From IMG/VR virus record IMGVR_UViG_3300030419_002087, positions 54,935 through 118,934 of that record: 64,000 nt of DNA; one strand, written 5' to 3'. Under the pieces are notes generated by a model, which was given only the letters and a program-made list of their open reading frames with translations, was not told the DNA's origin and ran no database searches. This document shows positions 38,211-48,581 of the stretch, one piece after another. Within the stretch, counting starts at the first letter, position 1. Each line of letters begins with the position of its first letter. Position numbers and translations under genes: made by a program. This DNA is from a virus.

Positions 38211-39660
38211 AATCTCAAAAAAGAATGAAGCTTATCTGAAGATTCAAGCAGATCCCCATGTCTTCTATGAATTATCAGATTATTTTACTTTCGATGTTCC
38301 AGGCGCAAAGTTCATGCCTCAGTATCGAAGTAAATACTGGGATGGTAAGATTAGATTATTTAACACAGGCTCTGGTGAGATCTATGCTGGTCTAGTAGAT
38401 AAAGTTGTTACTTTTCTAGACAGGCGTGGATATGAATATGAATTTGAACATAGTGAATACTATGGAAACCCCTATGAGGAGAACGAGATGGTTTCTCCCG
38501 AAGGGGTTTTTGATTATATGAATAAGATATCTAGTATTAAACCAAGACCTTATCAGGTAAAAGGTGTATATGATGCACTGAGACAAAACAGAAGGTTATT
38601 AGTATCTCCTACTGCTTCTGGTAAATCATTAATGATCTATACCATAGTTAGGTATATGATTGAGAAGGAAAATATTGTTTTATTAGTTGTTCCTACTACA
38701 TCACTTGTAGAACAGATGTATAAGGACTTTAAAGAATATGGATGGAACTCAGAAAAATATTGTCATAAAGTCTATTCTGGTAAAGAAAAATTTGATCCTA
38801 GGCCTGTAACTATTACAACTTGGCAATCTGTCTATAAATTAGATCGTAAATTCTTTTCAAGATATGATTGTGTTATAGGTGATGAAGCACACCTATTTAA
38901 GTCAAAATCTTTAGTTAGTATCATGACAAAACTACGTGATGCAAAATATAGATTTGGTTTTACTGGTACATTGGATGGTACACAAACTCATAAGTGGGTA
39001 CTAGAAGGTTTATTTGGCCCAACATATAAGATTATTAAGACTGATGAATTAATGGAAAAGGGTCATCTTGCAAAGTTAGATATTAAAATTCTTTTATTAA
39101 AACATGATCCCCAGATGTTTGATACTTATGAAGATGAGGTTCAATTTATTATTCAAAATGAAAAACGTAATAATTTTATTAAGAACCTTGCTTTAGATTT
39201 AAAAGGAAATAGTCTCATATTATACAGTAGAGTGGAATCACATGGAGCTGTATTATACGACTTAATAAATAATTCCGTAACTGATCGAGAAGTATTTTTT
39301 GTTCACGGTGGTGTGGACGCTCAAGAAAGAGAACAGGTCAGAGAAATAACTGAAAAGGAAAACAATGCAATTATCATCGCTAGCTACGGCACTTTTAGTA
39401 CTGGGATTAACATTAAGCGGCTGCACAACGTCATCTTCGCCAGTCCCTCAAAGTCCAGAGTTAGAAACCTCCAGTCCATTGGTAGAGTCCTTAGAAAGGG
39501 AACAAACAAAGTAAAAGCAATCTTATATGATATTGCCGATGACTGTACTAAAGGTTCTCGAAAAAATTATACTTTAAATCATCTCATAGAGAGGGTTAAA
39601 ATCTATAACGAAGAAAATTTTAATTATGAAATAATCCCTATACGAATGAATTCCTCATGA
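38194..39660 (+). CDS. uvsW: RNA-DNA/DNA helicase UvsW
   Basis: WDGKIRLF, SPTASGKS, DEAH, QSIGRVLR; probable GTG start. Confidence 0.95.
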   Translation: MDTTVKISKKNEAYLKIQADPHVFYELSDYFTFDVPGAKFMPQYRSKYWDGKIRLFNTGSGEIYAGLVDKVVTFLDRRGYEYEFEHSEYYGNPYEENEMVSPEGVFDYMNKISSIKPRPYQVKGVYDALRQNRRLLVSPTASGKSLMIYTIVRYMIEKENIVLLVVPTTSLVEQMYKDFKEYGWNSEKYCHKVYSGKEKFDPRPVTITTWQSVYKLDRKFFSRYDCVIGDEAHLFKSKSLVSIMTKLRDAKYRFGFTGTLDGTQTHKWVLEGLFGPTYKIIKTDELMEKGHLAKLDIKILLLKHDPQMFDTYEDEVQFIIQNEKRNNFIKNLALDLKGNSLILYSRVESHGAVLYDLINNSVTDREVFFVHGGVDAQEREQVREITEKENNAIIIASYGTFSTGINIKRLHNVIFASPSKSRVRNLQSIGRVLRKGTNKVKAILYDIADDCTKGSRKNYTLNHLIERVKIYNEENFNYEIIPIRMNSS

Positions 39661-40070
39661 CAAAAGATTCAGACACATATGCAATTATTAAATTAGTTAG
39701 TGGCGAAGAGTTATTTTCACAAGTAGCAGAGTTTTATGATGACGATATAAAGGCCATATTATTAATGGATCCATGTACAATGAGACAAATCGCCTCTCGC
39801 CGGGGTGGTAAATCTTATTATAAAATTGATAAGTGGGTCAAATTATCCGATGAACAAGTCTACTGTGTTGAAATGAAACATATTATGTTCTACACTAGAT
39901 GTATGGATACACACGTAATTAACACCTATAGGAAGTGGGTCAAAGCCATAAATAATGGAACGGAAGAACGGCAATACACGAAAGTTGGGGTATCTACATC
40001 AATGGGATATATATCTTCCGTCGAAAAGACTAGAGATTCTCTAGAAAAGCTTTTTAAAAAAGACAGCTAA
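39657..40070 (+). CDS. Conserved hypothetical protein (Sm-like fold candidate)
   Basis: IKLVSGEE motif; conserved position between uvsW and gp55. Confidence 0.7.
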   Translation: MTKDSDTYAIIKLVSGEELFSQVAEFYDDDIKAILLMDPCTMRQIASRRGGKSYYKIDKWVKLSDEQVYCVEMKHIMFYTRCMDTHVINTYRKWVKAINNGTEERQYTKVGVSTSMGYISSVEKTRDSLEKLFKKDS

Positions 40071-40117
40071 GTGTCCCTTGAACCCTAGCAGAGTTATTCT
40101 ACTGATTTAATCGGAGC

Positions 40118-40146
40118 TTGTCAAGGCCCCGATTTATTGGTATAAT
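40118..40146 (+). promoter_or_regulatory. Sigma70-type promoter for gp55
   Basis: TTGTCA-17 nt-TATAAT with TG extension. Confidence 0.7.
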
Positions 40147-40183
40147 GACTTATGGTTATGATGTTCAAGAAATGACTGTCCTA

Positions 40184-40660
40184 ATGGCTAAGAAAAGGCG
40201 ATCAGAACATTACGTCAATAATAAAGAATTCCTTGCAGCTATTGTTGAATACAAGGTTGCGGTTAGGAAGGCCTTAGAGGCCGATCAACCAAAACCAAGG
40301 ATTACTAATTATCTTGGCGAATGTTTTCTAAAGATTGCAACACATTTATCATATAAACCGAACTTTGTCAATTACATGTTCAAAGACGATATGGTATGTG
40401 ATGGTATTGAAAACTGTGTCCAGTATATTAATAACTTTGACCCAGAGAAATCTTCTAATCCTTTTGCTTATTTTACTCAAATTATCCACTATGCTTTTTT
40501 AAGAAGGATACAAAAGGAAAAGAAACAATTAGAAATTAAAACAAAAATTATTGAAAGAACTGGATATAGTGAAGTATTCAGTGATGATGGTAATTTCGCT
40601 GGTACAGAAAGTGATTATAATACCATTAAAGATAACATAAATTATCGTTATAATAATTGA
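40184..40660 (+). CDS. gp55: Late-transcription sigma factor gp55
   Basis: HYVNNKEFL, FVNYMFKDDM..DGIENC, NPFAYFTQI..YAFLRRI.KEKKQ; start at 40172 or 40184. Confidence 0.95.
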   Translation: MAKKRRSEHYVNNKEFLAAIVEYKVAVRKALEADQPKPRITNYLGECFLKIATHLSYKPNFVNYMFKDDMVCDGIENCVQYINNFDPEKSSNPFAYFTQIIHYAFLRRIQKEKKQLEIKTKIIERTGYSEVFSDDGNFAGTESDYNTIKDNINYRYNN

Positions 40661-41295
40661 TGTTCCCTGTAACAATTATTGACAATTTTTTCTCTGATCC
40701 AGATAAAATTGTTGAGATGGCTCGTTCTCAAAAATTTTATAAAACGGATGAAGGTCAATGGCCTGGAAAGAGAACTCGTGAAATATCTCAATGGAATACA
40801 GATTTTTTTCTTTTTACTGCTTTAAAAATTTTAAAAACTTTCTATGAAAGTCCAGTTGAAAGTATTGATATGTCAATGACTTTTCAATTGATAAAACCAT
40901 TTAAAGAAGATAGGAATAAAGGATGGATTCATAGGGATAATGATATGCAGTTTGGTGGTTTAATTTATCTAAACTCTACACCTGAACCAGATACAGGCAC
41001 GACTTTATATGAGGAAAATGATGGTTATTCTTTGGTAGATAGAGAAACGAATAGTGTTAAAATAGATCATTACTTAGGTAGAGATATTCCAGATGAACAA
41101 TATCAAATGGCCTATGATAGGATGAGATCTCAGTATACAGAAACTATAAAGGTGGAGAACAAATATAATAGATTACTTTTATTTGATGGTATGACTTATC
41201 ATGGAGCTAATACATTTGGTTCCAATCAGGAAAGACTTACGTTAGTATTTTTCCTTAAATCATTATATGCTCCTATCCAACCTCTTTACAGATAA
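40657..41295 (+). CDS. 2OG-Fe(II) oxygenase-like protein (DUF6445-like)
   Basis: IIDNFF.DPD, WPGKR, WIHRD (HxD), YHGA, RLTLVFF. Confidence 0.75.
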   Translation: MMFPVTIIDNFFSDPDKIVEMARSQKFYKTDEGQWPGKRTREISQWNTDFFLFTALKILKTFYESPVESIDMSMTFQLIKPFKEDRNKGWIHRDNDMQFGGLIYLNSTPEPDTGTTLYEENDGYSLVDRETNSVKIDHYLGRDIPDEQYQMAYDRMRSQYTETIKVENKYNRLLLFDGMTYHGANTFGSNQERLTLVFFLKSLYAPIQPLYR

Positions 41296-42344
41296 TGAAA
41301 ATTGCAGTAATAACCGACCAACATTTTGGCGCTAGAAAAGGATCGAAATTATTCCATGACTACTTTCTTGAATTCTATAATGAGATTTTCTTCCCTTATG
41401 TTGAGGAGAATAATATCAGTACTGTTATTGATATGGGTGACACTTTTGATAATAGGAGGGGGATTGATTACCCGTCTCTTGAATGGGCGAAGAAGAACTA
41501 TTTCTCTCGTCTTAGAGAACTTGGTGTTCGTGTCCATACTCTTGTGGGTAATCATACAGCCTATTACAAAAACACCAATGATGTAAATGCAATAGATCTT
41601 CTTTTGAGGGAGTATGAAAATATAACTTGTTATTCAGAAGCAACAGAAGTTAAATTTGGAAGATTAAAAATTCTTTTTATACCGTGGATTAATAAAGAGA
41701 ATGAAGAAAAGACATATAAACTAATAGGAAAATCCAAAGCAAAAGTGGCTATGGGCCATCTTGAATTGAAAGGATTCTATGCAAATAAATTTGTAGTCAT
41801 GGATCATGGTGATGATCTTTCCGCATATAAAAATTTCAAACAAGTATTCTCTGGACATTATCATACAAGATCAACAAGAGAGAACATTAACTACTTGGGT
41901 AATCCATATGAGATATATTGGAGTGATGTAAATGATACCAGAGGGTTTCATATCTATGATACTGAAACTCTGGAGATGACTCCAGTTAATAATCCTTATA
42001 AGATGTTTCATCAAATATATTATGAGGATACTCCATATCAATTACTTGACACAACTCAATATAAGGATAAAATAGTAAAGATAATAGTTAGAAAAAAATC
42101 AGATCCAAAAGCCTTTGAGAAATTTGTAGATAAACTTTATAGATCTAATATTGCAGAATTAAAAATAGTTGAGAATTTTGATTTCTGTGGTTACTATAAG
42201 AAGGATGATTTTGAGGCCGAAGAGAGTGAAGACACTGTTTCTATATTAAATAGATATATTGATGAGTCTGAAATTTCTTTGGATAAATCACGTATTAAGG
42301 AAGTGCTAAGAACTATCTACACGGAGGCTTGTGAAGTAGTATGA
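41295..42344 (+). CDS. gp47: Recombination endonuclease gp47 (Mre11/SbcD-like)
   Basis: ITDQHFG, DMGDTFDNR, VGNH, SGHYH metallophosphoesterase motifs. Confidence 0.95.
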   Translation: MKIAVITDQHFGARKGSKLFHDYFLEFYNEIFFPYVEENNISTVIDMGDTFDNRRGIDYPSLEWAKKNYFSRLRELGVRVHTLVGNHTAYYKNTNDVNAIDLLLREYENITCYSEATEVKFGRLKILFIPWINKENEEKTYKLIGKSKAKVAMGHLELKGFYANKFVVMDHGDDLSAYKNFKQVFSGHYHTRSTRENINYLGNPYEIYWSDVNDTRGFHIYDTETLEMTPVNNPYKMFHQIYYEDTPYQLLDTTQYKDKIVKIIVRKKSDPKAFEKFVDKLYRSNIAELKIVENFDFCGYYKKDDFEAEESEDTVSILNRYIDESEISLDKSRIKEVLRTIYTEACEVV

Positions 42345-42616
42345 TGTGGATTCTTACTTTAAGAGGTAATGAAGACGATGGAGCATTTGCCGTTGAAAAC
42401 GAACACGGTGATAGAACTTTATTACTTTTTGAAGATGAAGATGATGCAACTAGATATTCGATGATGAATGAAATTACTAATGAACATATGCCTAAATTAA
42501 TTCCTACAGAAGTAGAAGATGATGTTGCCATTAGAGCGTGTGAGGTGTATGATTATCCATATTCCGTCATAACCTCGTCCGATCTTGTGATACCCATAAA
42601 ATATGATACGGTTTAG
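42341..42616 (+). CDS. Small acidic protein (DUF3110-like)
   Basis: L.LFEDEDDA.RY motif; lies between gp47 and gp46. Confidence 0.7.
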   Translation: MMWILTLRGNEDDGAFAVENEHGDRTLLLFEDEDDATRYSMMNEITNEHMPKLIPTEVEDDVAIRACEVYDYPYSVITSSDLVIPIKYDTV

Positions 42617-44324
42617 AAATATACGTTGGAAAAATTTTCTTTCTACTGGTAATCACTGGACTGAAATAAATCTTGAGAAGAGTAATACAACATTGATTGT
42701 AGGCCATAATGGGTCTGGTAAATCAACGGTGTTGGATGCTCTTACTTTTGCATTGTTTAATAAACCATTTCGTAAAATTACTAAAGGTTTACTTATAAAC
42801 TCTACCAATGAAAAGGATTGTTGTGTAGAGATATGTTTCTGTGTGGGTACGAGAGAATATAAAGTAGTTCGTGGTATCAAGCCTAATAAGTTTGAGATAT
42901 GGGTAGACGGTAAGATGTTGAATCAAGATGCTGCGGCTAATGATCAACAAAAATATCTTGAAAATAATATTCTAAAATTAAACTATAAGTCTTTTACACA
43001 AATTGTTATTTTAGGATCTTCTAGTTTTATTCCTTTCATGCAATTATCAGCTCCAGGCCGGAGAGAGGTAATTGAGGATATTCTTGACATTCGTATCTTC
43101 TCAACAATGAATACTATTGTTAAAGAGAAGATGCGTACCATTAGAGAACAGTTAAAAGTTCTTACTCTTAAGAAAGAATCTTTAGGTGATAAAGTCACCA
43201 TGCAAAAAGAATTTATAGAGGAAATTGAGAGTAGAGGTAAAGATAATATCAAAGAGAAAGAGGATAAAATTAAGGTACTTCAAATTGAAGTTGATACTAA
43301 GATCGAACATAATGAACTTTTAGATTCTAATATTGATGATATTAATGAAAAACAAAAGAAGGTTATTGGTGCTGGTGATAGGTTATTAAAGCTTAACAAT
43401 CTGAAAGGTAAGATCCTACAGAAGGTATCAACTCATACTAAAGAACATGAATTCTTTACGGATAACACGGTATGTCCCACATGTGATCAAAATATAGAAG
43501 AAGACTTTCGTTTAAATAGAATTGCTGACGTTCAAAATAAGACGAGGGAGCTCAAAGACGGTTTGAAAGAACTAGAAGAGACCATTAAATCTGAAAATAA
43601 AAGAGAACGTCAATTCAACAAATTAGCAAAGGAGTTAACTGACCTAACGCATGGCATTTCTCAAAACAATACTAGGATTTCTGGACTTCAACGACAAATC
43701 GGAGATCTGGGAACAGAAATTCAAACAATTACCGATAGACTACAAGACAGAAATTCTGAACATGAGAAATTAACGGATTTACAAGAACAACTTAATAGTA
43801 CATACGATAAACTAGTTCAACAAAAGGAGGAAGGCCAGTACAAAGAATTTGTTTATGATCTTCTCAAAGATGGTGGAGTTAAAGGAAGTATCATCAAAAA
43901 GTATCTGCCTCTAATAAATGAGCGGGTAAATAAATATCTACAGATGATGGACTTCTATATTAATTTCACCCTTGATGAGGAGTTTAATGAGAAAGTAGTC
44001 TCTCCAATACATGAGGACTTTTCTTATGCTTCATTCTCTGAGGGTGAAAAGATGAGAATCGATCTTGCCCTTCTTTTTACTTGGAGAGAAGTTGCTGCAT
44101 ATAAGAACTCTACAAATACAAATCTTCTTATAATGGATGAAGTATTTGATAGTTCACTGGATGGAACAGGAACAGATGAGTTCCTTAAAATCATCAGGTT
44201 TGTAGTAAAGGATGCAAATATATTTGTTATCTCTCATAAAGATGGACTACAAGATCAATTCATGGATATTATCCAATTTGAAAAAGTGAAAGGTTTTTCG
44301 AGGATGGTCAATGGAAAACAGTAA
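42603..44324 (+). CDS. gp46: Recombination ATPase gp46 (Rad50/SbcC-like)
   Basis: GHNGSGKST, CPTC hook, FSEGEKMRIDLAL, IMDEVFDSSLD. Confidence 0.96.
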   Translation: MIRFRNIRWKNFLSTGNHWTEINLEKSNTTLIVGHNGSGKSTVLDALTFALFNKPFRKITKGLLINSTNEKDCCVEICFCVGTREYKVVRGIKPNKFEIWVDGKMLNQDAAANDQQKYLENNILKLNYKSFTQIVILGSSSFIPFMQLSAPGRREVIEDILDIRIFSTMNTIVKEKMRTIREQLKVLTLKKESLGDKVTMQKEFIEEIESRGKDNIKEKEDKIKVLQIEVDTKIEHNELLDSNIDDINEKQKKVIGAGDRLLKLNNLKGKILQKVSTHTKEHEFFTDNTVCPTCDQNIEEDFRLNRIADVQNKTRELKDGLKELEETIKSENKRERQFNKLAKELTDLTHGISQNNTRISGLQRQIGDLGTEIQTITDRLQDRNSEHEKLTDLQEQLNSTYDKLVQQKEEGQYKEFVYDLLKDGGVKGSIIKKYLPLINERVNKYLQMMDFYINFTLDEEFNEKVVSPIHEDFSYASFSEGEKMRIDLALLFTWREVAAYKNSTNTNLLIMDEVFDSSLDGTGTDEFLKIIRFVVKDANIFVISHKDGLQDQFMDIIQFEKVKGFSRMVNGKQ

Positions 44325-44463
44325 AGAACCCGATTGGGATATTGATGATATAAAAGACGCCTTCAAAGACGCCGCAGATGACTATAAGAAGGTCATGAAG
44401 GAGATGGAGGTTGCCAATGGTGATAGTATAGAAGAGTACACACATGACTCTGAGGGATGTTGA
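44311..44463 (+). CDS. Small acidic hypothetical protein (50 aa, not in ORF track)
   Basis: MENSKEPDWDIDDIKDAFKDAADDYKK...YTHDSEGC; overlaps the gp46 end. Confidence 0.5.
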   Translation: MENSKEPDWDIDDIKDAFKDAADDYKKVMKEMEVANGDSIEEYTHDSEGC

Positions 44464-44642
44464 GAACACATACAGTCGCAAAGAAAAACCCTAAACACTA
44501 TCAAGAGTGGTCATGGGAAGAGACCCCCGAATTGTTAGCCGCACTGGAGAAATTGGATGAAAGTTCCAAACTGGCAGCATCACTCAAAGAAGGATGCAAA
44601 ACGAAAACTAAAACCACAGGCGTTGCGCCAAGCAAGAGCTAG
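44457..44642 (+). CDS. Small hypothetical protein
   Basis: KKNPKHYQEWSWEETPEL motif. Confidence 0.55.
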   Translation: MLRTHTVAKKNPKHYQEWSWEETPELLAALEKLDESSKLAASLKEGCKTKTKTTGVAPSKS

Positions 44643-44730
44643 ACGCAACCAGTTGATAAAGTGTCTACTCAAGACCTCCGATCCTCGTCGGGGGTCTTAT
44701 AATAGCCACATACAGATAATTACTCTATGA
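44557..44730 (+). CDS. Small basic conserved cyanophage protein (57 aa, not in ORF track)
   Basis: MKVPNWQHHSKK..KRKLKPQALRQA motif; GGAGA RBS upstream. Confidence 0.6.
   Translation: MKVPNWQHHSKKDAKRKLKPQALRQARARRNQLIKCLLKTSDPRRGSYNSHIQIITL
44649..44703 (+). promoter_or_regulatory. Early-type promoter with stem-loop (copy 1)
   Basis: CCAGTTGATAAAGTGTCTAC, 11-bp hairpin AAGACCTCCGA/TCGGGGGTCTT, then TATAAT. Confidence 0.55.
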
Positions 44731-46835
44731 CATCATCACGAGCAACGGTTCAAGAAATCAAAGGAAATCTAGCCAAACTTTTGGCTACTGAGAATTTAAT
44801 AGTTGAACATCGTGTATGTGAAACGGCTCAATTTAATGTAGAACGCCGTGTATTAACATTACCAATATGGGTTAATCTTAGTAATACTGTATATGATATG
44901 TTGGTTGGACATGAAGTTGGTCATGCTCTTTTTACTCCACCAGAGGATCCTAAAATGGAAGCTCCTCGATCATATCTTAATGTTACAGAGGATGCTCGTA
45001 TTGAGAAGTTAATGAAACGTAAGTTTCCAGGCCTTAATAAGTATTTTTATAATGGATACCATGAATTAATGGCTCGTGATTTCTTTGAGTTGGAAGGGAT
45101 AGATGTTCAAGAATTAAATTTAATTGATCGTATCAACTTATGGTTTAAAGGTAATAAGGATATTGAGTTTACTGATGAGGAACAAAAATATATTTCTATG
45201 ACTGATGTTTTAGAAACTTTTGAAGATGCTATAAAATGTGCTGAGTCTATTTGGGAGTTCTCTAAACTAGAACGTGAGAAGAGGAAGCAAGAACAAAAAG
45301 AAGAAAATATTAGTTCCCCTGATGGTCGTCCTGATTTAGGTCAGGATAGTACTGAGTATGAAGGTGAAGGTGAAGAAGAAGAGACAGAACAAGGATCTGG
45401 TGAGGATGATTTTGAGGATGGAAGAGGTTCTAATAATGTAAATCTTGAAGATATGATGGACATTGCTGATAATATTGAAGATGTATTGACTGATGAGAAT
45501 CTTCAAGAAAAGTTAAAAGAACATGCTAAAAAACATGGTCTTGATCCTACATATACTGAGGTTCCTGATATTAATTTAGATACTGTTATTGTTCCTAATA
45601 AAGAAGTATGGGATATTAATGCAGAATATTGTGATGGTTATAAAGATGATTATATTAGTGAAATGAGATCTGAGTATAATGAATTTAAAAAGTCAGCCCA
45701 AAAGGAGGTCAATTACCTTGTCAAAGAATTTGAGTGTAGGAAATCAGCTTCGGCTTATTCTCGTGCTACTACTAGTCGCACTGGGGTTCTCGATACAACG
45801 AAGCTTCATACTTACAGATACAACGAGGATCTTTTCAAGAAGATAACAAATATTCCTGAAGGTAAGAATCATGGGTTAATCTTTGTATTAGATTGGTCTG
45901 GTTCTATGAGCCATGTATTACAAGATACTGTAAAACAACTGTTGAATTTAGTATGGTTTTGTAGGAAAGTTCAAATTCCTTTTGATGTATATGCCTTTAC
46001 TCAAGAATGGTTCCGTCAAGATCATACTGGTGCAATGTATACAGGTTTTGATCATAGTAGGTATTATGAATCTCCACATCAAGAACCTCATCAAGGAGAT
46101 CTTATAGTAGATAAGACTTTTAATCTTCTTAACTTCTTAACTTCTAAAACAAGATCAAAAGATTTTGAGGAACAGTGTTTCCAATTATGGTATCTTTCCA
46201 AAAATCCACGAGGTAAATTATCATTATCTGGTACTCCATTAAATGAGGCCATAGTTTGTCTTCATAAAATAATTCCACAATTTAAAAAACAAAATGGTGT
46301 GGAGAAAGTGAATGTTACTATTCTTACCGATGGTGAATCAAGTAGTATTCCTTCTTATAAGTGGCAAGATAATGATTACTTCGATGAAGCATATTGGGGA
46401 TCACAATCATGCCGTGTTGGTACAGTTATTCGCAATCCTAAGAATGGCCGTACATATACAGTAGGTGAAGAGTATACAAGTTTTACAACATCTTTATTAG
46501 AACATCTTCAAGATTGTTTTCCTGAGATTAGTTTGATTGGTATTAGATTACTTGGATCTAGTGAATTTAGAAGATTTCTTGGCCAACACTATACTACTAC
46601 TGAAGAGTTTGATAGAAAAACTGCTGAGTGGAAAAAGACTAAATCTACTTATCTTGATAATGCTGGGTATCAAAAATATTTTGCATTAAATTCTAAAACT
46701 CTATCAAATGATTCAGAGTTTGAAGTACAGGAAGATGCCACTAAAGCTCAGATCCGTAGTGCTTTTAGAAAGTCTCTTACCAGTAAGAAGCTAAATAAAA
46801 AAGTATTATGCCAGTTTGTTGAATTGGTTGCTTAA
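44727..46835 (+). CDS. Metallopeptidase-motif plus VWA domain protein (CobT-like partner of CobS)
   Basis: HEVGH (HExxH), NVTEDARIE, acidic linker, MIDAS LDWSGSM, LSGTPL, ILTDGE. Confidence 0.85.
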   Translation: MTSSRATVQEIKGNLAKLLATENLIVEHRVCETAQFNVERRVLTLPIWVNLSNTVYDMLVGHEVGHALFTPPEDPKMEAPRSYLNVTEDARIEKLMKRKFPGLNKYFYNGYHELMARDFFELEGIDVQELNLIDRINLWFKGNKDIEFTDEEQKYISMTDVLETFEDAIKCAESIWEFSKLEREKRKQEQKEENISSPDGRPDLGQDSTEYEGEGEEEETEQGSGEDDFEDGRGSNNVNLEDMMDIADNIEDVLTDENLQEKLKEHAKKHGLDPTYTEVPDINLDTVIVPNKEVWDINAEYCDGYKDDYISEMRSEYNEFKKSAQKEVNYLVKEFECRKSASAYSRATTSRTGVLDTTKLHTYRYNEDLFKKITNIPEGKNHGLIFVLDWSGSMSHVLQDTVKQLLNLVWFCRKVQIPFDVYAFTQEWFRQDHTGAMYTGFDHSRYYESPHQEPHQGDLIVDKTFNLLNFLTSKTRSKDFEEQCFQLWYLSKNPRGKLSLSGTPLNEAIVCLHKIIPQFKKQNGVEKVNVTILTDGESSSIPSYKWQDNDYFDEAYWGSQSCRVGTVIRNPKNGRTYTVGEEYTSFTTSLLEHLQDCFPEISLIGIRLLGSSEFRRFLGQHYTTTEEFDRKTAEWKKTKSTYLDNAGYQKYFALNSKTLSNDSEFEVQEDATKAQIRSAFRKSLTSKKLNKKVLCQFVELVA

Positions 46836-46837
46836 TT

Positions 46838-47320
46838 ATGGATAGGTTAGTAAGGAACTCTTATACAAAAGTTGATGGAGATTGGGTAGTTACTAAATCT
46901 ACTACTCTTGTCTATCAGAAGGTTCCTTATACCTATGGATATGTAGAATTGTTAAAACAGAAAATACAAGATGCATTAACTCCAGATCTTCTCACTAAAA
47001 AATATAGAAAGATAAACGAGACAAATCCTTTATATGGCCATTGTTATCATTCAACTCAGGCCATGTATTATCTTTTAGATTGTGATACTCTAATTTCTTA
47101 TAGTGGTAAGGACTGGAGGGGAGAAGATCACTGGTGGTTGACAAACTCGGAGGATGGATATATAATTGACGTTACTGCCGATCAGTATTATTCTATCGGT
47201 GAAAAACCACCCCACGATGTAGGGAAACCAACAAAGTGGTATGGGTGGAAGGGCCGAGTTCATAAAAGAACAATGGTTCTTATGCAAAAAATTCAAAGCG
47301 ACGTTGCTTTCTTTGAATAA
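46838..47320 (+). CDS. Hypothetical protein with putative Cys-His-Asp triad (YunG/transglutaminase-like)
   Basis: NPLYGHCY...DHWWL...IIDVTADQY. Confidence 0.6.
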   Translation: MDRLVRNSYTKVDGDWVVTKSTTLVYQKVPYTYGYVELLKQKIQDALTPDLLTKKYRKINETNPLYGHCYHSTQAMYYLLDCDTLISYSGKDWRGEDHWWLTNSEDGYIIDVTADQYYSIGEKPPHDVGKPTKWYGWKGRVHKRTMVLMQKIQSDVAFFE

Positions 47321-47332
47321 TTCTCATAGTAT
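47304..47332 (+). promoter_or_regulatory. Candidate sigma70-type promoter
   Basis: TTGCTT-17 nt-TAGTAT, 10 nt upstream of the ATG at 47343. Confidence 0.45.
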
Positions 47333-47342
47333 CCTTTTAACT

Positions 47343-48581
47343 ATGCCAAAAAAAGTAAATACATTATACCCAATCGAAAACGATTGGAAATCTCTTAGTG
47401 CGACCTTACGCAATAAGATTGATGCAGGTGTCATAATAGCTGGAGAATCAGTCCAGAAGTATTATGATATCGAAGATATGCCAGCAGTACTGCGAGATGC
47501 CGCAGATGCTATGGAGCGTGGAAGTAAAGTAATCTTTATTCCTCAATTCGAGACAGAGAACTTCATGCAGGGGTTCATGTATCGACCTTCAAGAGGCCAA
47601 AAGATTGATGCCTTCTACAATCGTACATTCTATCCTAAGCACTTTGCTAACCTATTTGATTCAGGTTACGATCCTGTACTTGCAGGTATAGGTGATATTC
47701 TATATGATGCAAGAAGTGAAGAAGTTGTTAACTTCGATGCACGACATAGAACAGTCGGAAACATAGCGGCTAGGGAAGCGAATCAGGTTCCTGAGAACCA
47801 GTGGTTCAACTGTATCATGATTAAGAAAGATGCTTGTAAGAGCATCGATGCACAGAAAGTTGCGTGTACATATTTCCGTGCAAAAGCTGAGACTCCAAAA
47901 GCACTTACTCCAGAAGAGAAGTTTGCTACAGCAGTTCGTTCTTCCGATGAGAACGCTCTACGTGTATATGCTGGACTAGAACTATCTGGTCTACATATTG
48001 GAAACCAGTACTTAACTGAACTCCAGAAAGAACACCATGATCCACGGAAGATCAATGGTATCTGGCAGTTATCCAAAGATTACTCTACGGTTAAGGCCAC
48101 AAGTCTTAACAAGAACTTGACTAATGCAGTTGAGTTATTACGTAATTCTTGGAACCAGAATGAAGGTGCTGAGTTCTCTGTATACTTGGTCATGGGTGTA
48201 TGTTACCTCTTACAGAAACGTAACGTATTTGGTCAACAATTCCCATTTGTGCCTGCTATCTTAGTACAGGCTTTGAAATGGAAGAATGAACAGATTGGTT
48301 TTACTCCTAAGAACTATCTTTCTCCACGGGCTAATGGTAAGGCAGCTGAGAGTGTTGCTTTCCACTTGTTACGTGTATATAACGAGTATGCACAGCATCT
48401 CTTTGAAAGTGAGAATGAAATTGTTGATGAGATCTCAATCTCTGAATTTGTAAAACTACCTAACGACTTCCTAGCACAAGTTGGTGCTCCAATCGAAGAT
48501 GACGTTCAAGATGAAGATTATTCTGATATCGAAGATGCTCTTGAAGATGTGGAAGTAGAAGAACTAGAGACAGTTCAATAA
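47343..48581 (+). CDS. Hypothetical protein, ParB/DGQHR-like (DUF6551-like) N-domain, acidic tail
   Basis: VNFDARHR (DGQHR variant), A..YF...K.LTPEEKF..AV...DE.A pattern; very acidic C-terminus. Confidence 0.6.
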   Translation: MPKKVNTLYPIENDWKSLSATLRNKIDAGVIIAGESVQKYYDIEDMPAVLRDAADAMERGSKVIFIPQFETENFMQGFMYRPSRGQKIDAFYNRTFYPKHFANLFDSGYDPVLAGIGDILYDARSEEVVNFDARHRTVGNIAAREANQVPENQWFNCIMIKKDACKSIDAQKVACTYFRAKAETPKALTPEEKFATAVRSSDENALRVYAGLELSGLHIGNQYLTELQKEHHDPRKINGIWQLSKDYSTVKATSLNKNLTNAVELLRNSWNQNEGAEFSVYLVMGVCYLLQKRNVFGQQFPFVPAILVQALKWKNEQIGFTPKNYLSPRANGKAAESVAFHLLRVYNEYAQHLFESENEIVDEISISEFVKLPNDFLAQVGAPIEDDVQDEDYSDIEDALEDVEVEELETVQ

